Source: Chitinophaga pinensis
Lineage (GTDB): Bacteria; Bacteroidota; Bacteroidia; UBA7662
NCBI GenBank assembly: GCA_945874665.1
Contig: CAMCHJ010000009.1
Coordinates: 18,112 to 82,111 of the forward strand
Direction of reading: 5' to 3'
Length of the DNA stretch: 64,000 nt
In this document: positions 58,086-64,000 of the stretch, one piece after another
Layout of the letters: each line of letters starts with the position of its first letter
How positions within the stretch are numbered: the first letter of the stretch is position 1
The notes under the pieces: model-generated
Seen by the model: the letters and a program-made list of their open reading frames with translations, nothing else
The model's database searches: none
Told to the model about the DNA's origin: nothing
Made by a program: the position numbers and the translations under genes

Positions 58086-58333
58086 AATTTAAAGCCGAAA
58101 TCGACATCATGCCCCACGACGCCCTGCTAGACCCACAGGGAAAAGCCGTTCAAGCTGGACTTCAAAACCTAGGCCTCAGCGGTGTAGACCAAGTACGGGT
58201 AGGCAAACACATCACCATTACCTTAGAAGCAGCCAATGAAACGGCGGCCAAAGCGGCAGTGGATGAAGCCTGTAAAAAACTCCTGGCCAACCTCATTGTG
58301 GAGCGCTATCACTTTGAAATCGCGGCTGTATAA
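58082..58333 (+). CDS. purS: Phosphoribosylformylglycinamidine synthase subunit PurS
   Basis: LLDPQGKAV; VRVGKHI; KLLANLIVERY. Confidence 0.96.
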   Translation: MKFKAEIDIMPHDALLDPQGKAVQAGLQNLGLSGVDQVRVGKHITITLEAANETAAKAAVDEACKKLLANLIVERYHFEIAAV

Positions 58334-59510
58334 AAGAGCCCTTACCCTGGCGCTGGTACTGAGCTGCACGGTTGTAGCCTCGGCACAAGACCTTATATAC
58401 GCCCGCCAACAGCTTGATACCCTGGCCAGTGAAGCCTTTCACGGGAGAGGTTACGCTGCGCGCGGGCAACAACTGGCTGCCGAATACCTGCTGCGCGAAT
58501 TTCAGCGGTTGGGTTTGCAGCCCCTCAGCGACAATTACCTCCAGCCCTTTTCGCTTGAGGTAAATAGCTTTGACAGTGTGCTTTTACAAATCAATGGCCG
58601 CACATTGGTGCCTGGCTCCGACTACCTCGTACATCCAAATTCGGGTTATGGCGAGGCACAAAGCCTCAAGGCCGGTAAAAAAACCGGCATTTTCGATCAT
58701 AAAAGTCCGCCAAAAACCGGGAACCCCGCCTGGCAGCTACTGCTCGAAACCGGTTACCAACGTTTGATGTGGTCGGTGGGCCGCGAAACTTGGCCCCTGC
58801 CCTATTTTATGCTCAGTGCGGCTGCCACACCCAAAAAAATAAAGCGCATTAACTATGTGGTGCGTGGTAATTTTAGAGAACACCAGGCCGCCAATGTGAT
58901 CGGCTTTTTGCCGGGCAGTACGCAACCCGATTCGGTAATGGTGATTTGTGCACATTACGACCACCTTGGCCGCATGGGCAGCACCCTTTTTCCTGGCGCC
59001 AACGACAATGCCAGCGGCACCGCCTTGCTACTCGACCTGGCCCGACATTACAGTCAACCCCAAAACACACCCGCCTATTCGCTCCTCTTCATTGCTTTTG
59101 GGGCTGAAGAAGCGGGATTGGTGGGCTCCAAGCACTATGTAAACCAACCATTGCTGCCGTTGGCACGCACCACTTTAGTACTCAACCTCGACCTCATGGC
59201 CGGTGGTTCAGAAGGCCTCATGGTGGTAAATGCTGTACAAAATCCCGCTGCTTACCAAGCACTCGACAGTTTAAACCAAGTACACCGCCTGGTCTCCAAC
59301 ATCAAGCAGCGCGACAATGCAGCCAACAGCGACCACTATCCCTTCTCCCAAAAAGGCATACCGGCCATTTTTGTGTACACCCTGGGTGATGTAACCGCTT
59401 ACCACGATCCTAACGACCGTCCACAAATGTTGCAACTACAACATTATACTTTCGTATTTGAGCTACTCAATCGTTTCATCCAACATTGGCCTAACCGCAA
59501 TACCCCATGA
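58314..59510 (+). CDS. M28 family metallopeptidase
   Basis: AHYDHLG; GANDNASG; GAEEAGLVGS; NSDH; YHDP. TTG start inferred from the signal peptide. Confidence 0.9.
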   Translation: MKSRLYKRALTLALVLSCTVVASAQDLIYARQQLDTLASEAFHGRGYAARGQQLAAEYLLREFQRLGLQPLSDNYLQPFSLEVNSFDSVLLQINGRTLVPGSDYLVHPNSGYGEAQSLKAGKKTGIFDHKSPPKTGNPAWQLLLETGYQRLMWSVGRETWPLPYFMLSAAATPKKIKRINYVVRGNFREHQAANVIGFLPGSTQPDSVMVICAHYDHLGRMGSTLFPGANDNASGTALLLDLARHYSQPQNTPAYSLLFIAFGAEEAGLVGSKHYVNQPLLPLARTTLVLNLDLMAGGSEGLMVVNAVQNPAAYQALDSLNQVHRLVSNIKQRDNAANSDHYPFSQKGIPAIFVYTLGDVTAYHDPNDRPQMLQLQHYTFVFELLNRFIQHWPNRNTP

Positions 59511-60184
59511 GCACAGGCACCTTATACCTTTTGGCCACGCCCATTGGCAACCTCGAAGACATCAGTCTACGTACCCTCCGCCTCCTGCGCGAAGCCGACC
59601 TCATTTTGTGTGAAGACACCCGCACGAGTGGTGTTTTGCTCAAGCACTACGACATCAAGCAGCCTTTGCAGTCGTACCACAAATTCAACGAGCACCAGCT
59701 CACCGAGCGCATCGTTGCGCAGGTGCAGGCAGGCAAAAACATTGCCCTCATCAGCGATGCCGGCACACCTGGCATCTCTGATCCTGGTTTTTTACTTGCC
59801 CGGGCTGCGGCCGAAGCAGGCGTAACCATCGACGCGCCTCCTGGTGCCACGGCGCTCATTCCCGCCCTCGTAAAATCGGGTTTGCCCAGTGACCGCTTTT
59901 GTTTTGAAGGATTTTTGCCACAGAAAAAAGGGCGTCAAACCCGCTTTAGAGCTTTAGCGCAAGAGAACCGGACCATGGTGTTTTACGAATCGCCCTACCG
60001 CGTACTCAAAACCTTAGAAGAGTTAGCACAATCCTGCGGCGGCGAGCGCCAGGTGAGCGTATCGCGAGAAATCACCAAAAAATTCGAAGAAACCATCAAC
60101 GGCACGCTCACAGAAGTGGCCGCTCATTTTAAAACCCATGCTCCCAAAGGTGAATTCGTTATCGTTTTGGCTGGCCTCAAATAG
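59507..60184 (+). CDS. rsmI: 16S rRNA (cytidine1402-2'-O)-methyltransferase
   Basis: ATPIGNLEDI; CEDTR; SDAGTPGISDPG; YESPYR; REITKKFEE. Confidence 0.97.
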   Translation: MSTGTLYLLATPIGNLEDISLRTLRLLREADLILCEDTRTSGVLLKHYDIKQPLQSYHKFNEHQLTERIVAQVQAGKNIALISDAGTPGISDPGFLLARAAAEAGVTIDAPPGATALIPALVKSGLPSDRFCFEGFLPQKKGRQTRFRALAQENRTMVFYESPYRVLKTLEELAQSCGGERQVSVSREITKKFEETINGTLTEVAAHFKTHAPKGEFVIVLAGLK

Positions 60185-61820
60185 GTCGGCACGGCTCTTT
60201 TACGTACTACTCAGCGGCCTTTGTTTTTGGCTGGCTTTTCCGCCTTACGACCAGGTGTACCTGCTTTTTGTGGCCTTTGTGCCGCTTTTACTTATCGAAG
60301 ACGACCTCTTTTACAGCGACAGCGCCACCCGTTCGCGCAAGATATGGCTGTGGAGCAGTGCGGCTTTTTTGGTATTCAATACGCTGGCCACTTGGTGGGT
60401 CAAAAATGCAGCCCTCATTGGTGCTGTGGCCGGCATTATTGCCAACACGCTAATTATGACCACCGCTTTTTACCTCTTCCACACCATCAAAAAACGCTCG
60501 GGCGAGCGCATGGCCCTCATGGGTTTGGTGAGTTTGTGGATGGGGATGGAGTTTCTAAACCTCAACTGGGACCTCGACTTCCCCTGGCTCATTCTCGGCA
60601 ACGCCTTTGCCAATACCCCTTGGCTGGTGCAGTGGTACAGCATTACCGGGGTTTTTGGTGGAAGTCTTTGGGTGCTCGTCATCAATATCCTCCTCTTTCA
60701 AGGCTTCAAACACCTTTTGCTGCGGAAAAAGCAAACCGATGCCGACGAGCGTAAATATTACGGATTAAAGGCCTTTAGAGCCATTTTTAGAGCGCTGGTG
60801 CTCTTGTTGATTCCTGCCTTGAGCTCTCTTTACACCTATCAAACATACGAGCAGCAGGGAGTAGCGGCCGAAGTGGTGGTGGTGCAGCCCAATTACGACC
60901 CCTACGGTGCCAAGTTCAATCCCGATTTATACCAAAACCAGCTCGATACCCTGTTGTTTTTAAGCGATCGCGCCATGTCGCCCAATACCAAGCTTGTATT
61001 TTGGCCTGAAACTTCGGTGCCAGATTACATTTGGCTGCGTGGCGAAAAAACGCGCAACTGGCAGGTTGATCAAATCCAAAGTTTCCTCAGCAATTATGAG
61101 GGTGTGGGGCTTGTGGCCGGCGCCAGTGCCTTACAAATCTACCCCGAAAACAGCATTGCACCCGATGAAGTGCGGACGATGAGCAATGGCGAGCGCTACG
61201 TATCGCACAATTCAGCCTTGTTCATGCAAAATTTCCAGCCGATGCAAATTTACCACAAATCAAAACTTGTGATCGGCGTCGAAAAAATGCCTTACCCCAA
61301 GGTGATGGGCTTTTTGAATTTTCTGTCGCAGGATTTAGGTGGGATGACAGGAAGCTTAGGCAAGCAAAAAGAACGGGCAGTCTTTGAACTTGGGGGCGTA
61401 AAAGCTGCGCCTGTAATTTGCTATGAAAGCATATTTGGCGGCTTCACCACTGGCTACGTTCGTGAAAAAGGCGCCAATTTACTCGCCGTGGTTACCAACG
61501 ACGGCTGGTGGGGTGATACCGACGGCTACCGACAACACATGGCCTTTGCGCGCCTGCGGGCCATCGAAAACCGCCGCGATGTGGTACGCTCAGCCAATAC
61601 GGGCATCAGTTGTTTCATTAACCAACGGGGCGATGTGGTATCGCAAACCGACTGGTGGGTACAAACAGCGCTCAGCGGCACGGTACATTTGAACGAAAAA
61701 CTAAGTTTTTACACCAAATACGGCGATTACCTGGGGCGCAGCGCCGCCTTTTTAGGCATACTGCTCTATTTAGTAGCCTTCAGCAAATCGCGATCCGCCA
61801 AAAAACTCAAACCATCATGA
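60138..61820 (+). CDS. lnt: Apolipoprotein N-acyltransferase
   Basis: TM N-terminus; catalytic triad WPET, YHKSKLV, ICYES; RAIENRR; ANTGIS. Confidence 0.93.
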   Translation: MLPKVNSLSFWLASNRSARLFYVLLSGLCFWLAFPPYDQVYLLFVAFVPLLLIEDDLFYSDSATRSRKIWLWSSAAFLVFNTLATWWVKNAALIGAVAGIIANTLIMTTAFYLFHTIKKRSGERMALMGLVSLWMGMEFLNLNWDLDFPWLILGNAFANTPWLVQWYSITGVFGGSLWVLVINILLFQGFKHLLLRKKQTDADERKYYGLKAFRAIFRALVLLLIPALSSLYTYQTYEQQGVAAEVVVVQPNYDPYGAKFNPDLYQNQLDTLLFLSDRAMSPNTKLVFWPETSVPDYIWLRGEKTRNWQVDQIQSFLSNYEGVGLVAGASALQIYPENSIAPDEVRTMSNGERYVSHNSALFMQNFQPMQIYHKSKLVIGVEKMPYPKVMGFLNFLSQDLGGMTGSLGKQKERAVFELGGVKAAPVICYESIFGGFTTGYVREKGANLLAVVTNDGWWGDTDGYRQHMAFARLRAIENRRDVVRSANTGISCFINQRGDVVSQTDWWVQTALSGTVHLNEKLSFYTKYGDYLGRSAAFLGILLYLVAFSKSRSAKKLKPS

Positions 61821-62611
61821 CCCAGGCACAACTGCTCAACCTGCTCCCCAAAGTAAACCAGCTGGCGGCCCAAGTGGCAGCTTTTCAGCGGCAGGAGCTC
61901 GCCGTTTTTAACCGCAACAGCATTGAGCACAAGGGACTGCACGATTTGGTGAGTTATGTAGACCGGCAATCCGAAGAAATGCTCGTTGCCGCCCTCCAGC
62001 AGTTTTTACCCGAGGCTGGTTTTATAACCGAAGAAGGCACAGTAGCTCAAGAAGAAAAACCATTGATATGGATCATCGACCCGCTCGATGGCACCACCAA
62101 TTTTACACACGGACTGCCCTTTTTCTCCATCAGCATTGCCTTGTTGCAAGCCAATGAGCTGGTGCTGGGCGTGGTGTATGAGAGCAACCGCGACGAGTGT
62201 TTTTCGGCTGTGCGCGGAGCTGGTGCCTGGCTCAACGGCGTACCCATACGCATTTCTGGTGTTCAAAGTCTCAATGAATCGCTCCTTGCCACCGGCTTCC
62301 CTTATTATGCTTTCGAAAAAATGCCGGAGTACCTCAAGGTGCTCGGCTACTTCATGGAACACAGTCAGGGCATGCGCCGCATCGGCTCCGCCGCCCTCGA
62401 CCTGGCTTACGTTGCGTGCGGCAGGTTTGAAGGTTATTTTGAGTACAATCTCAACAGTTACGACGTGGCGGCAGGCGCTCTGCTGGTGCAAGAAGCTGGG
62501 GGCGTGGTTACCGACTTCAAAGGCGGCAATACCTATCTTTTTGGGCGCGAAATACTGGCTGCCACCCGCGGCGTACATGCCGAAATGCTGGCGCAGGTGC
62601 AACTGATTTAA
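61817..62611 (+). CDS. suhB: Inositol monophosphatase family protein
   Basis: WIIDPLDGTTNF; RRIGSAALDL; YDVAAG; ATGA-coupled to lnt. Confidence 0.93.
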   Translation: MTQAQLLNLLPKVNQLAAQVAAFQRQELAVFNRNSIEHKGLHDLVSYVDRQSEEMLVAALQQFLPEAGFITEEGTVAQEEKPLIWIIDPLDGTTNFTHGLPFFSISIALLQANELVLGVVYESNRDECFSAVRGAGAWLNGVPIRISGVQSLNESLLATGFPYYAFEKMPEYLKVLGYFMEHSQGMRRIGSAALDLAYVACGRFEGYFEYNLNSYDVAAGALLVQEAGGVVTDFKGGNTYLFGREILAATRGVHAEMLAQVQLI

Positions 62612-62769
62612 ATTTTCCCCTCCAAAAAACCACGTGGCAAAGTCCGTTTTTCCAGCGCTCCTCCTTCTAGTGCCAAAAACCTAAGTGCTCGCAACACCCC
62701 TCTTTGATCAAAACAAGGCACATTTCAACCTAACAAGCGCCCATTGCTGCCGAACCAATGAAAACAAAA

Positions 62770-62812
62770 CTGGCTTTCAACTGCCCTATTTGGAGGAGCA
62801 GCAGAAAGCCAG
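62770..62812. terminator. Hairpin between convergent suhB and zinc-ribbon genes
   Basis: CTGGCTTTC...CTGC...GCAG...GAAAGCCAG stem; lacks a strong U tract. Confidence 0.45.
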
Positions 62813-62845
62813 CAATCATACCTAGGTATGATTTATTTCGGGGCA

Positions 62846-63583
62846 TTAAGCTTCTACAGTGTTGATTTCAGAGTCTACCAAAACACGTCCGCAATGCTCG
62901 CAAATAGCAATTTTCTTGCGGGTACGGATATCCATTTGGCGCTGTGGTGGTATTTGGTTAAAGCAACCTCCACAAGCATCGCGTTGTACCGTTACCACGG
63001 CCAAACCGTTGCGCGAACTGCTACGAATGCGGTGGTAGGCCGTAAGCAAGCGCTCTTCGATGTGCTTTTCTGCCTTTTTAGAATTCACGATCAAATCTTG
63101 CTCTTCCTTTTCGGTCTCTGCAATGATGCCGTTTAACTCTGTTTTTTTATTGTCCAAATCCTTCTTGCGTCCAGCTAATTCATCGCTCAAGCGCTGCAAT
63201 TCGCTGCTGCGCTGCTCGATTTGTACGTTGAATTCACGGATTTTTTTCTCTGCAATTTGAATTTCGAGGCCTTGGATTTCCACTTCTTTAGAAAGGGCAT
63301 CGTATTCGCGGCTGTTTTTAACTCCCATGAGCTGTTGCTCATATTTGGTTTTCAGGGCATTGGCATCCTTGATGAAAGCTTGCTTTTCGCCGATTAATTT
63401 TTTCAGGGCGTTGAGGTCCTCATTGTATTTCTCAAGACGGGTTTCTAAGCCGATGATCTCATCTTCCAGGTCATTCACTTCCATCGGCAATTCGCCGCGA
63501 AGAGTGCGTAGTTGGTCAATTTTAGTGTCGATCTGCTGGAGCAGATATAGCGAGCGAAGTTTTTGTTCGATGGTACTTTCCAT
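62846..63583 (-). CDS. C4-type zinc-ribbon domain coiled-coil protein (DUF164)
   Basis: LQQIDTKID; long coiled coil; ACGGCF...ICEHCGRVL. Confidence 0.93.
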   Translation of the reverse strand: MESTIEQKLRSLYLLQQIDTKIDQLRTLRGELPMEVNDLEDEIIGLETRLEKYNEDLNALKKLIGEKQAFIKDANALKTKYEQQLMGVKNSREYDALSKEVEIQGLEIQIAEKKIREFNVQIEQRSSELQRLSDELAGRKKDLDNKKTELNGIIAETEKEEQDLIVNSKKAEKHIEERLLTAYHRIRSSSRNGLAVVTVQRDACGGCFNQIPPQRQMDIRTRKKIAICEHCGRVLVDSEINTVEA

Positions 63584-63588
63584 GCTGC

Positions 63589-63999
63589 TTATAAGTAGTT
63601 AACTGGATTCGTATTCGTTTCCGAAATTAAGACCGCAAAGTTAGTGAAATTTTCGCTTAAATAGTTCGCTATTAAATCCTTTGTGAACTGTTCGGTTTCG
63701 TAATGGCCAAAATCGGCCAGCAGTATGCGGCCATCTGCTTCAAAAAACTGGTGGTATTTGTGGTCGGCGGTAAGCAGCACCTGTGCCCCGGCTTGCAAAG
63801 CATCGGGTAGCAAAAAGGAGCCCGATCCGCCGCATAGCGCGACTTTATGGATGTTTTGGCCGGTAAACGGACTGTAGCGGACGATGCCACCGAAGCATTT
63901 TTTGGCCATCTTTAGGAAGTCGATTTCGGTCATTGGTACCGGCAATTCACCTACCATGCCCGCCCCATACTCGTTGGTGAGATTCTCCAAAGCCAGGAG
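63589..63999 (-). CDS. Nif3-like dinuclear metal centre protein (5' truncated by window edge)
   Basis: VALCGGSGSFL; TADHKYHQFF; DFGHYETEQ. Confidence 0.93.
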   Translation of the reverse strand, partial: LLALENLTNEYGAGMVGELPVPMTEIDFLKMAKKCFGGIVRYSPFTGQNIHKVALCGGSGSFLLPDALQAGAQVLLTADHKYHQFFEADGRILLADFGHYETEQFTKDLIANYLSENFTNFAVLISETNTNPVNYL

Positions 64000-64000
64000 G

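Noticed and set aside
60138-60184. 47-nt rsmI/lnt overlap as a frameshift fusion
   Set aside because: Both proteins are complete, so this is an ordinary overlap or lnt starts slightly later.
62828-63136. 102-aa plus-strand ORF
   Set aside because: Antisense to the well-supported zinc-ribbon gene.

Overview
A 64 kb chromosomal segment of a Bacteroidota bacterium, judged from T9SS type A and B sorting domains, many lipoprotein signals, TAnnTTTG promoters and a CzcA-TolC fusion. It is mostly housekeeping and metabolic: ribBA, purQ, purS, mutA-mutB-meaB, bshA, priA, queG, iaaA, pssA, rsmI, lnt, suhB, a GH13 enzyme, a GH3 protein, GGGP synthase and a Nif3-like gene. No rRNA, tRNA, CRISPR array or intact IS element was recognised. 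Highlights: (1) an uncharacterised minus-strand envelope cluster at 867-8556 that resembles a split lipoprotein version of the Planctomycete DUF1549/DUF1553 + DUF1501 + cytochrome c module, next to a T9SS-B repeat protein; (2) a low-GC candidate defence islet at 45999-48689 with an Rpn nuclease, a downstream duplicate of its C-terminal tail, and an HNH + HIT pair; (3) a bacterial Kunitz/BPTI lipoprotein; (4) a 2332-aa T9SS-secreted phosphatase/5'-nucleotidase with a Pho-box-like upstream region and a nearby Flavo-1-like structured RNA; (5) an in-frame TGA at a probable Cys codon of pssA; (6) heptamer arrays and REP-like hairpins; (7) an unannotated 42-aa basic ORF and a hydrolase lacking its catalytic serine. 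Family assignments come from motif recognition by eye; no database search was run.
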